Shown piece by piece: positions 30,553 to 40,202 of a stretch of DNA of 64,000 nt (positions are counted from its first letter, which is position 1; the number at the start of each line of letters is the position of its first letter). The position numbers were made by a program, and so were the translations under genes. The stretch is taken from contig JANMPT010000110.1 of assembly GCA_031370005.1 (NCBI GenBank), forward strand, positions 1-64,000, in the 5' to 3' direction. The notes below the pieces were generated by a model. It was not told the origin of the DNA and made no database searches. It saw only the letters and a program-made list of their open reading frames with translations. Source of the DNA: Bdellovibrionales bacterium (GTDB lineage Bacteria; Bdellovibrionota; Bdellovibrionia; Bdellovibrionales; Bdellovibrionaceae).

Positions 30553-31356
30553 ATGACTAAAAACCAGTGGATTGATGCTCATTGCCATTTAGCTGACAAG
30601 CGTTTGGAGTCTCAGATCAAGGAAGTGATTTCTGATGCTGAAAGTCTAGGGATTCATTTTTTTATGCAAGGTGGAGTGGGGCCTGAGGATTGGCAACGTC
30701 AAATGGCTCTTTCTAAACTGTATCCGGGTAAAATTGGACTTTGCTTTGGTCTTCATCCCTATTGGGTTGCCGATCACGAAGAAGACCTCTGTGAGATTGC
30801 CTTAGATCAGTTAGCATCGATTTTGTTTCAAGCTTTAGGGATTGGGGAGTTAGGTCTCGATTTTAGGCCAAATATTATGAAAGAGTCTCGTGAGCGCCAG
30901 ATTGGGGTCTTTGAGCAACAGTTGGAGCTAGCGGAAGCCACTCAAAAACCCATGGTTCTGCACTTAGTACGGGCACATGAAGAGGCTATCAGGATTATGG
31001 ATGTTTGGGGGCTGCCGGCTTCCAAGGGGTTAGTTCACTCATTTAATGGCAATTGGGGGAAAGCGAATGACTTTATGAAACGGGGCCTTTATTTGTCAAT
31101 CGGAGGGCCAGTTGTTTGGGACCAAAATAAAAAGCTACATCAAGTGATTAAAGATATGCCTATGGAATTTTTACTGCTTGAGAGTGACTCTCCTGATCAG
31201 CCACCACCAAGGTTCAAACAAAGCTTGAACCAACCGGCCTCTTTGTGGGATGTTGCGGGAAAAATTGGCGAACTTCGGGGAATCCCTACGACGGAAGTTT
31301 TAGAAATCGCCACTAAGAACTTTAAAAGGCTATTTCAATATGATGACGGAAAATAA
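30553..31356 (+). CDS. tatD: TatD family deoxyribonuclease
   Basis: DAHCH, GLHPY, GELGLD, LH, HSF, ESDSPD. Confidence 0.95.
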   Translation: MTKNQWIDAHCHLADKRLESQIKEVISDAESLGIHFFMQGGVGPEDWQRQMALSKLYPGKIGLCFGLHPYWVADHEEDLCEIALDQLASILFQALGIGELGLDFRPNIMKESRERQIGVFEQQLELAEATQKPMVLHLVRAHEEAIRIMDVWGLPASKGLVHSFNGNWGKANDFMKRGLYLSIGGPVVWDQNKKLHQVIKDMPMEFLLLESDSPDQPPPRFKQSLNQPASLWDVAGKIGELRGIPTTEVLEIATKNFKRLFQYDDGK

Positions 31357-32167
31357 TCTAATTCAGCCCGAAGAGACTAAATATGTTTTGCACCGTCGTT
31401 TTGACCGTATGGGCCGCTTGATCGGTGACGACGCGATGTTGAGGCTTTTTAAATCTCACGTGATGATTATCGGCGTGGGCGGAGTAGGCTCTTGGGCGGC
31501 AGAGTCTTTGGCGCGCTCAGGGGTTGGTAAAATTACTTTGGTGGATTTTGATGAAATTTGCATTACAAACGCCAATCGTCAGCTTCATGCAATTCAAGGT
31601 ATGGTTGGCAAAAAGAAAGCCGAAGTTATGGGCGAGAGACTTCGTAAAATTAATCCGCAAATGCTTGTTGATGTGGTTCCAGCGTTCTATAACGCAGAAT
31701 CTTCAGAGCGGATTCTTTCGAAAAATCCTGATTATATCGTGGATGCAATTGACAACCTCACTGCGAAGGCCCACTTGTTGAATACTTGTCGTATTCAAAA
31801 TTTAAAAGTTATAACTAGTGCCGGAGCGGCGGCGCGCCTGGATCCAACGCAAATTAAAGTGGCGGACTTGGCCGATACTTACGGCGATCCCATGGCGCAA
31901 CAGTTGCGTAAAATCTTGCGTCAAAAATATGATTGGCCTTCCAAGGGAGAATTTGGCATTTCATGTGTCTTCTCAGATGAAGAGCCGATTCAGCCAGTTG
32001 AGCTTCACTATGACCAAGGGGAAGGTTTTAAATGTGTTTGTCCGCAAAACCAGAACAATCTTCATAGCTGTGAACACCGCAATGTCATTTGGGGAACAGC
32101 AAGTTTTGTGACTGGCGCTTTTGGTCTTAATATCGCTTCGTGGATTGTACGTGAGGTTCTTAAATAA
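31340..32167 (+). CDS. tcdA: tRNA threonylcarbamoyladenosine dehydratase (ThiF family)
   Basis: GVGGVGSW, DFD...TNANRQ, DAID, DL..T..DP, CVFSDE. Confidence 0.9.
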   Translation: MMTENNLIQPEETKYVLHRRFDRMGRLIGDDAMLRLFKSHVMIIGVGGVGSWAAESLARSGVGKITLVDFDEICITNANRQLHAIQGMVGKKKAEVMGERLRKINPQMLVDVVPAFYNAESSERILSKNPDYIVDAIDNLTAKAHLLNTCRIQNLKVITSAGAAARLDPTQIKVADLADTYGDPMAQQLRKILRQKYDWPSKGEFGISCVFSDEEPIQPVELHYDQGEGFKCVCPQNQNNLHSCEHRNVIWGTASFVTGAFGLNIASWIVREVLK

Positions 32168-32277
32168 TGAGTTTAATTATATTTTTTGGTGGTGTTAGTG
32201 TCGTGATAGTTGTTGGGCTTGCTGTGATTATTCATGGATTCTGTCACTACTATTTTGAAGCTAAAAAAACAAACTGA
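32167..32277 (+). CDS. 36-aa single-TM microprotein (not in ORF track)
   Basis: TAATG overlap with tcdA stop; MSLIIFFGGVSVVIVVGLAVIIHGFCHYYFEAKKTN. Confidence 0.55.
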   Translation: MSLIIFFGGVSVVIVVGLAVIIHGFCHYYFEAKKTN

Positions 32278-32297
32278 ATAAAAAAGAGGTTTAAATT

Positions 32298-33278
32298 ATG
32301 AATACCAAAGGCGCAATCACGCAATTTGTGGATCATCATTATCGTCATTTCAATGCAGCGGCATTAAAAGATGCGGCCATCGGCTATAAAAAACATATCG
32401 AAAACAAAGGCCAGATGCTTGTAACATTAGCTGGTGCTATGTCCACAGCAGAGCTGGGTTTGAGCTTGGCTGAAATGATACGCCAAGGAAAAGTGCATGC
32501 GATCTCATGTACTGGAGCAAATCTTGAAGAAGATGTGTTTAACCTCGTTGCACATGATCACTATGTGCGTATTCCTAATTATCGGGACTTGACTCCACAA
32601 GATGAGCATAAACTTTTAGAAAAACATTTGAACCGTGTTACCGATACATGCATTCCCGAGGAAGAAGCCATCCGTCGTATCGAAAATGTGGTCCTTGAGT
32701 ATTGGCAAGATGCGGATAAAAAGGGAGAAGCTTACTTTCCCCATGAATTTATGTATAAGATCCTTCTCTCCGGCAAGCTCGAGAAGTTCTATCAAATCGA
32801 TCCAAAAAACTCTTGGTTGCTTGCGGCCGCAGAAAAAAATCTTCAGATGGTTGTTCCAGGTTGGGAGGATTCAACTTTAGGTAATATTTTTGCTGGTCAT
32901 TGCATTAAAGGTGACATCAAAAATGTTCATACTGTTAAAGGTGGTATTCAGTATATGAAGTCATGGGCTGAGTGGTACATGGGGGCTTCTAAAAAAAATC
33001 CAGTGGGTTTTTTCCAAATCGGCGGCGGCATTGCAGGAGACTTTCCAATCTGCGTCGTACCGATGTTGGAGCAGGATTTGGGAAATGAAGATGTCCCTTT
33101 GTGGAGCTATTTTGCACAAATTTCGGATTCTACAACTTCCTACGGTTCTTACTCAGGTGCGATCCCAAACGAAAAAATCACCTGGGGAAAGCTCGCCCCA
33201 ACAACCCCAAGCTACATCATTGAATCAGACGCAACAATCTGCGCCCCCCTAATTTTCGCCTACATCCTCGGCTGGTAA
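32298..33278 (+). CDS. deoxyhypusine synthase-like protein (probable homospermidine synthesis)
   Basis: LAGAMST, TGANLEED, RVTD, IGGG, GSYSGA.PNEKITWGK, SDATI. Confidence 0.93.
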   Translation: MNTKGAITQFVDHHYRHFNAAALKDAAIGYKKHIENKGQMLVTLAGAMSTAELGLSLAEMIRQGKVHAISCTGANLEEDVFNLVAHDHYVRIPNYRDLTPQDEHKLLEKHLNRVTDTCIPEEEAIRRIENVVLEYWQDADKKGEAYFPHEFMYKILLSGKLEKFYQIDPKNSWLLAAAEKNLQMVVPGWEDSTLGNIFAGHCIKGDIKNVHTVKGGIQYMKSWAEWYMGASKKNPVGFFQIGGGIAGDFPICVVPMLEQDLGNEDVPLWSYFAQISDSTTSYGSYSGAIPNEKITWGKLAPTTPSYIIESDATICAPLIFAYILGW

Positions 33279-33299
33279 AAGGGTACCTGGTTACTTTTT
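33277..33299 (+). terminator. palindromic hairpin/terminator-like element
   Basis: AAAAGGGTACCTGGTTACTTTTT directly at the stop codon; resembles element at 46026. Confidence 0.5.
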
Positions 33300-33430
33300 G
33301 CTGCGCACTGCGTTGTGGATTCTAGGCATTGTAGTTCAGAATATATTACAAGGGACTGACAAATTGCGCCCATTTTTGACTAAATTGAGATTATATCCAC
33401 CCGGCTTCATAACATGGTGGGGAAAATTTT

Positions 33431-34414
33431 ATGAAAAAGCTTGTCTGGATATTCTTGGCGCTTCTCGTTGTTTCTGTAGCGAATGCCGACAGTGGTAATT
33501 TTGGCACTTATGGTTATGCCTATTGGGCTCCAAAAATTATTAGCGAGTATCTTCAAAAAGTAGACAGTAATTCGGCCGCAGAGGGCCCGACCAAGTGTGA
33601 ACGCTTTTATTCCCCAGCACAGAACAAAGGTGTTTTAGATATTCGCTATGCTTTGGGTTATTTCGATGATTCAAATGGCGAAGCAAAAATTTGGAATAAT
33701 ATTAACTACGGAATGTCTCCAAGTTTAGATATTGAAATTTTTAATGCTCTTCGCAATGAACTCACAGCTTCATGTAAAACCCCAACAATGCGACTTTGTG
33801 GCTTTGAAGAAAGTGGCGATCCACAATCAGGCAAGATAGTTTTACAAAAAGAGCTGAGTCTTCAAGGGAAAAAGATTTTAGTGCGTCTCACGCTTACTCA
33901 GGCCTCCGCAAGTCCTTATTTCTTGGAAAATAAAGGAGCCTTTGCTGACCGTCAAAAAGCCTTGACGAAACAGTCTGAAGAGAACTTTTTCGACGGCTTA
34001 AAAATAGCCGATGTCGTGTTTTACAACGGTCACTCTCGCAACGGAGGCGGACCTGACTTTGCGCCACCAATTTTAAATTCCACGAACCACGTAGATTATA
34101 AAGGCTACTACGAGGTGAATCGTCCAGGTATTATCAAAACTATTACTGCTTTAAAGCAAAATCCAAATCAGAAATTTTTGTTAGGGGTTTTTTCATGTTA
34201 TTCCAGAATGCATTTCTACGATACTTTTATGCGAGCAAATCCAAATCAAGGCTTAGTTTTAAGTGCTGAAACCATAAACTATTTTGATTCTTTGAAAGCC
34301 TCAGTGGGTTACCTTGAAGGCATCTTGCGTGGAACTTGTGGTCAAGAGCTGGCGGATACAGCGAAGCAGGGTGAGCAGCTAAAAGCGGATTTCCAAGGTT
34401 ACAACATTAATTAA
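33431..34414 (+). CDS. exported hypothetical protein, possible His/Cys-dyad peptidase fold
   Basis: Signal peptide (ANA); VVFYNGHS and GVFSCYS strand-motif pair. Confidence 0.7.
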   Translation: MKKLVWIFLALLVVSVANADSGNFGTYGYAYWAPKIISEYLQKVDSNSAAEGPTKCERFYSPAQNKGVLDIRYALGYFDDSNGEAKIWNNINYGMSPSLDIEIFNALRNELTASCKTPTMRLCGFEESGDPQSGKIVLQKELSLQGKKILVRLTLTQASASPYFLENKGAFADRQKALTKQSEENFFDGLKIADVVFYNGHSRNGGGPDFAPPILNSTNHVDYKGYYEVNRPGIIKTITALKQNPNQKFLLGVFSCYSRMHFYDTFMRANPNQGLVLSAETINYFDSLKASVGYLEGILRGTCGQELADTAKQGEQLKADFQGYNIN

Positions 34415-34427
34415 GTTATTCGAGGAC

Positions 34428-34619
34428 TCAGGGTTTTATTAGTTTTTTTCCGCAGTCATGGCAGAATGTATTGCGTTCCTTGCGCCGGGCCGCGTGTTTA
34501 ATCTCATCACATGAGTTTCTTACGGCTGAGTTTACAATCTCCCCACATCCTGGGCAATACTTCACTGGCGCATTGGTGCGGCAGTGATTCATATTCGAGC
34601 ATCGAGCTTTTTGACTCAT
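34428..34619 (-). CDS. small zinc-ribbon protein
   Basis: CPGCG and CHDCG knuckles plus extra Cys/His. Confidence 0.7.
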   Translation of the reverse strand: MSQKARCSNMNHCRTNAPVKYCPGCGEIVNSAVRNSCDEIKHAARRKERNTFCHDCGKKLIKP

Positions 34620-34620
34620 G

Positions 34621-35097
34621 CTAATGAAGATATTGGGTTGAAATCATGTTGCATGACTCTTCTATTTCGCCGGGAGTAGCGTCTCTAACCGCAGTGGCTT
34701 CGATGTCAAAAACTAAATCTTGCCCTGCAAGTGGATGGTTCCCGTCTAAAGTCACCATATCACCATGAAATTTACCAACACGATAGACTCTGGCTTGTCC
34801 GGTCTTTGAGACAATAGAAATAGTGTCGCCATCGCGTAATAAAACTTGTGGTGCTAATTTTTTTCGAGGAAATAGAATCACTTTTTTTGGATCGTAAAAT
34901 CCATAGGCTTCTTCTGCTGAAAGGGTAATTAATCTTTTCTCTCCTTTTTTCAGATTTTGCAGCCCTTGGGCTAAACCTTTTAAAAGAGCCTCTTGGCCTT
35001 GGACAGAATTAATCACGTCACGGTTTACAGTGGAGCTGATTAGTTTTCCGGCTTTATTCTTTAGGACACAATTGAAGGAGATAATTTGAATACTCAT
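34621..35097 (-). CDS. slyD: FKBP-type peptidyl-prolyl isomerase (SlyD-like, no His-rich tail)
   Basis: AEEAYG, DGNHPLAGQDLVF, VRDAT. Confidence 0.88.
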   Translation of the reverse strand: MSIQIISFNCVLKNKAGKLISSTVNRDVINSVQGQEALLKGLAQGLQNLKKGEKRLITLSAEEAYGFYDPKKVILFPRKKLAPQVLLRDGDTISIVSKTGQARVYRVGKFHGDMVTLDGNHPLAGQDLVFDIEATAVRDATPGEIEESCNMISTQYLH

Positions 35098-35130
35098 GGC
35101 TTTTTCCTCACTTAAGACAAAGTTTTTAAG

Positions 35131-35163
35131 GCAAAAAGCCGACCTCATCGACCGGCTTTTTGC
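35131..35163 (-). terminator. rho-independent terminator after RRM gene
   Basis: GCAAAAAGCCG...CGGCTTTTTGC inverted repeat. Confidence 0.75.
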
Positions 35164-35199
35164 TAAGAATACTTTTTCAGCTAGAAAAGGCTCGGGGGC

Positions 35200-35520
35200 C
35201 TAGTAACGTGAACGGTTGCCAAAGCCGCCGCCACCACTGCGTCCACCACCGCCGCCGCCACCAGAGCGAGGCTCTTGAGGTTTTGCTTCAGAGACATTCA
35301 TAGCGCGACCTGAAAGGTCCATGCCATTGAGTTTTTCAATAGCAGTTTGAGCTTCGCCTTCGACTGCCATTTCAACAAATGCAAAGCCTTTGCTGCGACC
35401 TGTTTCACGATCTGTGATTACATTTGCAGAGTCGACAGTACCGAACTCAGCGAAAACACCTTGTAGTTGATTTGAATCAACATTGAAGGAAAGGTTACCT
35501 ACGTAGATTTTTTTACCCAT
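35200..35520 (-). CDS. RRM (RNP-1) RNA-binding protein with Gly-rich tail
   Basis: KIYVGNL, RSKGFAFVEM; GGAGG SD before ATG 35520. Confidence 0.95.
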   Translation of the reverse strand: MGKKIYVGNLSFNVDSNQLQGVFAEFGTVDSANVITDRETGRSKGFAFVEMAVEGEAQTAIEKLNGMDLSGRAMNVSEAKPQEPRSGGGGGGGRSGGGGFGNRSRY

Positions 35521-35758
35521 ATTTGCCTCCTTAGAAAGCTTGGGGGCCATTCGCAGAAGACAAAAGAACATCTAATGAACTCGAGAACGGACATAACTGA
35601 GAACAGTAGAACATTTATTCATCGATATAGATAGGCTTAACTAGGTTTTGAGTGTTTTAGAATAAACCAATAGGTCTAAGCCTTCACCGCTGAGTTGAAG
35701 AAAAATATTCATATTGCTGTTATGACAATAGACAAAAACCAATAAATAAAAAATGCAT

Positions 35759-37111
35759 TTACTTAATATTTTTTCTTAGAAATGTTTGGATAAGATTTTC
35801 AAATCTTAAGGTTAAGAAAATGGCGATCAACATCAGGCCAATAAAGAGGCCCCACCAAATGCCTCTGCCTTCAAGGCCTAAGTGAAAAGCCATGTAGTAG
35901 CCAATTGGCAAGCCGACAATCCAATAAGCAATAAAAGCTAAAATGGAGGGCCACTGGGTATCTTGAAGGCCGCGCAGTGTTCCTACGACCACAGCTTGAA
36001 TACCATCAAAGAATTGAAAAGCGGCAGCCACTGTTAAGTACGCCGCTGCAAAAGAGATAACTCGTAAATCCTTGGTATAAATACTAGCTAAAAATTCACG
36101 TGCACTAAAAATAAAACCAGCACTTGCTAGCATGTATAGGGCCCCCAAAGCCAGCGCCACTCGGCCAGCATAACGAGCTTTTTCAAAGCATTGAAGACCG
36201 ATCTCGGATCCGACGCGGATTGTGCCTGCAGCACCAATGCCCACAGTGACCAAGAAGCTAATGGATGCCAGGTTTAGCGCGATCTGATGAGCCGCAAGTT
36301 GTACTGCCCCCAACCATCCCATCATAACTGAAGAAAAGGAAAAAGCGCCGACTTCAAACACATACGTAAGACCATTCGGAATGCCGAGGTAAAATATTTT
36401 TTTCAATTTTATGTTTTGAAGAAGTTTTCGCCATCGGTGTGAAAAATATTTTTTAAATTTAGGATGACGGTGAATATATATTATCATTGCTAGAGCCATA
36501 AAGCACCGACTAATGAGAGTTGCAAGTCCGGAACCATTTAAACCCAGGGCTGGAGCTCCCCAATGTCCATATATAAAAATATAATTTCCTAAGATGTTAA
36601 TCAGAATGGCAGCAATCATGACATACATGCCTATGGTGGTTTTACCAATGCCATCGCTGAACTGTTTATATGCTTGATACAAAAGAGAGGGCAGGAGGGA
36701 AGCTATTAAGTAGGAGGCAAATCCAATCGACAGATTTACAACCTCTGTAGTTTGTCCCATATGGGCCATTAAAGGCTTCGCGAGCCAAAGAACGAGCATT
36801 ATCCCTAAGGAAATGAGGGTGGCAGCAAAAACAGTATGACGAAGTAGTTCTCCGCCCTCTTCATGCTCGTCGCGGATATGAGCCTGGGCAAAAAGAGCGG
36901 CAGTTGGTGCAAGCAAACCCACGCCAAACAAAAGAAAGACATAAAAAAGACTTCCGGCGAAGCCTGCGGCACCGAGGGAGTTTGCTCCAAGTCGGCCCAC
37001 CATAATATTATCGGAGAACGTAATTAGAGTTTGGCCAACATTGCCAATAATAATAGGGATTGCCAGCCGCATGGTTTTACGGCTCTCAATAATAAATTTA
37101 GATTGCAACAA
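35759..37111 (-). CDS. MATE family efflux transporter (NorM-like)
   Basis: LAIPII, DNIMVGRLG, LAAHQIA, FDGIQ...LRG. Confidence 0.93.
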   Translation of the reverse strand: MLQSKFIIESRKTMRLAIPIIIGNVGQTLITFSDNIMVGRLGANSLGAAGFAGSLFYVFLLFGVGLLAPTAALFAQAHIRDEHEEGGELLRHTVFAATLISLGIMLVLWLAKPLMAHMGQTTEVVNLSIGFASYLIASLLPSLLYQAYKQFSDGIGKTTIGMYVMIAAILINILGNYIFIYGHWGAPALGLNGSGLATLISRCFMALAMIIYIHRHPKFKKYFSHRWRKLLQNIKLKKIFYLGIPNGLTYVFEVGAFSFSSVMMGWLGAVQLAAHQIALNLASISFLVTVGIGAAGTIRVGSEIGLQCFEKARYAGRVALALGALYMLASAGFIFSAREFLASIYTKDLRVISFAAAYLTVAAAFQFFDGIQAVVVGTLRGLQDTQWPSILAFIAYWIVGLPIGYYMAFHLGLEGRGIWWGLFIGLMLIAIFLTLRFENLIQTFLRKNIK

Positions 37112-37655
37112 CTTCTTGAATCTCTGGGAAGGCTTCTTTCATGCGAACTTCAATGCCTTCTTTCAAAGTTGCCATCGAGCTTGGGCAACCAGCACAGGCC
37201 CCGCGCATATGAATGTATAAAATATTATTTTCATATCTGTTGAAGACGATATCGCCTCCATCCAAGGCAACTACGGGACGAATTTCGACGTTGAGCAAGT
37301 TTTTGATTTGTTTTACGATTGGGGTATCGCTCAGTGTAGCGTTTGGGGAATCATCAGCAACTACCTGGGCTTTGAGTACGACGGGCTCACCCTTATCAAG
37401 ATGCTCCTGTATGAGCCCTGCTAAAGGCTCAGCTAGTAGACTCCAGTCGACCCAGTCTTGTTTGGTTACAGTGATAAAATCCTGGCCCACAAAGACAGAG
37501 CTTGTCCAGGGAAAGCCAAAAAGCTTGGCGGCTAAGGGGGAGCGCTCAGTGTCGTGAGCTGTGGGGCAATCAAAGGCCTCCTCAGTTACTTGGCGCTGGA
37601 GGAGAAATTTAAGAGTTGCAGGGTTTGGAGTACTTTCAAAAGTTACTTTCGTCAT
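37098..37655 (-). CDS. NifU/Nfu-family Fe-S scaffold protein
   Basis: ESTPNPATLKF, DGGDI, GACAGCPSS. Confidence 0.93.
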   Translation of the reverse strand: MTKVTFESTPNPATLKFLLQRQVTEEAFDCPTAHDTERSPLAAKLFGFPWTSSVFVGQDFITVTKQDWVDWSLLAEPLAGLIQEHLDKGEPVVLKAQVVADDSPNATLSDTPIVKQIKNLLNVEIRPVVALDGGDIVFNRYENNILYIHMRGACAGCPSSMATLKEGIEVRMKEAFPEIQEVVAI

Positions 37656-37797
37656 AAAGGCTCCCTTTATCAAGGCAAGCTACATTATAACAGGCTTTCT
37701 GCCAAGCGTGTTAAGTCCATTTTTAATTACCCAAATTCTTGATTAAAAATAGTAAAATGACTACCTTCTCGGGGTACATTCACTTTATTAGGAGCAA

Positions 37798-38724
37798 ATG
37801 ATGACACCAAGAGTAAGAGAAATTTTAAGTTGGTATGGTGCTGACAACCCAGGAGTCTTAACTAACCTGGCTCGCATGATGAATCACGGCAGACTTGCAG
37901 GCACGGGGAAGCTTGTGATTTTACCAGTAGATCAAGGCTTTGAGCATGGCCCGGCCCGTAGTTTCGCAATGAATCCGGATGGCTATGATCCATCCTACCA
38001 TCTTCAACTCGCAATTGAATCTGGTTGTAGCGCCTATGCGGCTCCTCTTGGTGCTCTGGAGGTTTGCGTTCGCGATTTTGCTGGGGAGATCCCACTGATT
38101 CTTAAAATCAATAACTCAGAAACTCTTTATACAAATAAGTCGCCAATTTCTGCCCTTACCTCGCATATTGACGATGCCCTTCGTTTGGGTTGCGTAGGGA
38201 TTGGTTTTACTATCTATCCTGGCAGCTCTGAAAGAAAAAACATGTACGAGGAAATTGCCATGGCGTCTGCAGAGGCAAAAAAGGCTGGGCTGGCAGTGGT
38301 GATTTGGGCTTATGCCCGCGGCGAACAAATCTCTAAAGAAGGCGAGACAGGTATTGATGTCATTGCATATTCGGCTCATATTGCGGCTCAACTGGGTGCC
38401 CATATTATTAAAGTGAAGCCACCAACAGCTCATATTGAGCAAGAAGCAGCGAAAAAGGTTTACCAAGCTCAGGGAATTAAGGTGTCTACATTGGCGGATC
38501 GCATTCGTCATGTGGTTCAATCTTCTTTTAACGGCCATCGCATCGTGATTTTCTCCGGTGGCGAAGCCAAAAGTACTGAGGACCTCTTGAAAGAGGTGAA
38601 AGAACTTGCAGCTGGTGGTGCCTTTGGAAGCATCATGGGACGCAATGCTTTCCAGAGGCCAAAAAAAGAAGCTATTGCCCTGTTGCATGGTGTGATGGAT
38701 TCCTTTGCAGGAAAAGCACTTTAA
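37798..38724 (+). CDS. fbaB: class I fructose-bisphosphate aldolase (DhnA type)
   Basis: ILPVDQGFEHGP, TIYPGS, AHIIKVKPP, GRNAFQR. Confidence 0.95.
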   Translation: MMTPRVREILSWYGADNPGVLTNLARMMNHGRLAGTGKLVILPVDQGFEHGPARSFAMNPDGYDPSYHLQLAIESGCSAYAAPLGALEVCVRDFAGEIPLILKINNSETLYTNKSPISALTSHIDDALRLGCVGIGFTIYPGSSERKNMYEEIAMASAEAKKAGLAVVIWAYARGEQISKEGETGIDVIAYSAHIAAQLGAHIIKVKPPTAHIEQEAAKKVYQAQGIKVSTLADRIRHVVQSSFNGHRIVIFSGGEAKSTEDLLKEVKELAAGGAFGSIMGRNAFQRPKKEAIALLHGVMDSFAGKAL

Positions 38725-40202
38725 TGTCGACTCATGATAATCCACTCAAGGCAGAGAAACGTCGCAAGCTTCATGCTCTTCGTGAAAAAGGCATTAATCC
38801 ATATCCTTACTCTTACAAAAGAACAGGGCATGCGGGAGAGCTAACTGAGAAGTATGCAAATGCAATAAATGCTGGCGATAAAATGCTTGATTCGGTTTAT
38901 CGAATTGCAGGGCGTTTGATGACTTTGCGCTCGATGGGAAAAGCTTCTTTTTTCAACGTTCAAGATCAAACAGGGGTTTTGCAAATCTATATAAAGGTCG
39001 AAGAACTTTCTGAACAAGAGCGCATAGCTTTTGAATTGATCGATCTCGGTGATATTGTCGGCGTAGAAGGTTATGTGTTTAAGACGCAAAAAGGTGAGCT
39101 TTCACTTTATTGCAAAAAATTTGAAATTTTGACAAAAAGTTTAGAACCTTTGCCAGAAAAATTTCACGGCGTTCAAGATATCGAAATCAAGTATCGTCAT
39201 CGTCATTTGGATTTGATGACAGATCCCGCATCCCGCAAAATTTTTGAGACTCGTTCAAAAATTATTAAAGAGATTCGTCGGTTCCTAGATGATCGTGGTT
39301 TTATGGAGGTAGAAACGCCAACATTGCAGCCGATCTATGGTGGCGCGGCAGCAACTCCATTTACGACTCATCACAAAGCTTTGGATATGAAGCTTTATAT
39401 GAGGATTTCTCCGGAACTTTATTTAAAGCGCCTGATTGTTGGTGGGTTTGAAAAAGTTTACGAGATCAGTAAAAATTTTCGCAATGAAGGCATTGATCGC
39501 ACCCACAATCCAGAGTTTTCATTGCTTGAGTTCTATGAAGCCTACACAGATTATGAATATCAAATGAAACAATTTGAAGAGTTAATTTCGACCTTGGCTT
39601 TAAAAATCCTTGGCAGCATGAAAGTAATTTATCAAGAAAGAGAAATTGATTTTACGCCACCTTGGAGACGTTTGACAGTTTATGACGGTGTCCGCGAGTA
39701 TGCAAAGATCGATCCCGAGAAGATCAGCGATGATGAACTCTTTATTGCTTTGCAAAAATATGGCAGTCGAGAAAAGGAAAAGTATGGTCGCGGTGAAATG
39801 CTTATGGAGCTTTTCGAACTCACAGCTGAGCAGCATTTGTGGCAACCTACTTTTGTGATGGATCACCCGATGGAGGTTTCTCCGTTGACTAAGATCCACC
39901 GCAAAGACAAGCGTTTAGTGGAACGTTTTGAGCCGTTCGCTGCTGGAATGGAAATTGGCAATTCTTATTCAGAGTTGAATGATCCTGAAGACCAATTAGC
40001 GCGTCTGAAAGAACAGGAGGCAAATCGTGATAAAAATGAAGAGGCACATCCTATGGATGAGGACTTCCTCATGGCCATCGATTCAGGCATGCCTCCAACT
40101 GGAGGTGTCGGTATCGGGATTGAACGCATTGTAATGATCCTTGTAGATCGCCCAAGTATTCGCGATATTATTTTCTTCCCAACCATGAAGATCACAAAAT
40201 GA
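38724..40202 (+). CDS. lysS: lysine--tRNA ligase (class II)
   Basis: GGAAATPF, ELYLKRL, FRNEG, HNPEF, GMPPTGG. Confidence 0.98.
   Translation: MSTHDNPLKAEKRRKLHALREKGINPYPYSYKRTGHAGELTEKYANAINAGDKMLDSVYRIAGRLMTLRSMGKASFFNVQDQTGVLQIYIKVEELSEQERIAFELIDLGDIVGVEGYVFKTQKGELSLYCKKFEILTKSLEPLPEKFHGVQDIEIKYRHRHLDLMTDPASRKIFETRSKIIKEIRRFLDDRGFMEVETPTLQPIYGGAAATPFTTHHKALDMKLYMRISPELYLKRLIVGGFEKVYEISKNFRNEGIDRTHNPEFSLLEFYEAYTDYEYQMKQFEELISTLALKILGSMKVIYQEREIDFTPPWRRLTVYDGVREYAKIDPEKISDDELFIALQKYGSREKEKYGRGEMLMELFELTAEQHLWQPTFVMDHPMEVSPLTKIHRKDKRLVERFEPFAAGMEIGNSYSELNDPEDQLARLKEQEANRDKNEEAHPMDEDFLMAIDSGMPPTGGVGIGIERIVMILVDRPSIRDIIFFPTMKITK

Noticed and set aside
38116..38745. 209-aa antisense ORF (likewise 14521-15144, 43984-44499, 49248-49769, 11506-11970 and other shadow ORFs)
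   Set aside because: Overlap well-supported genes and show no recognisable motifs
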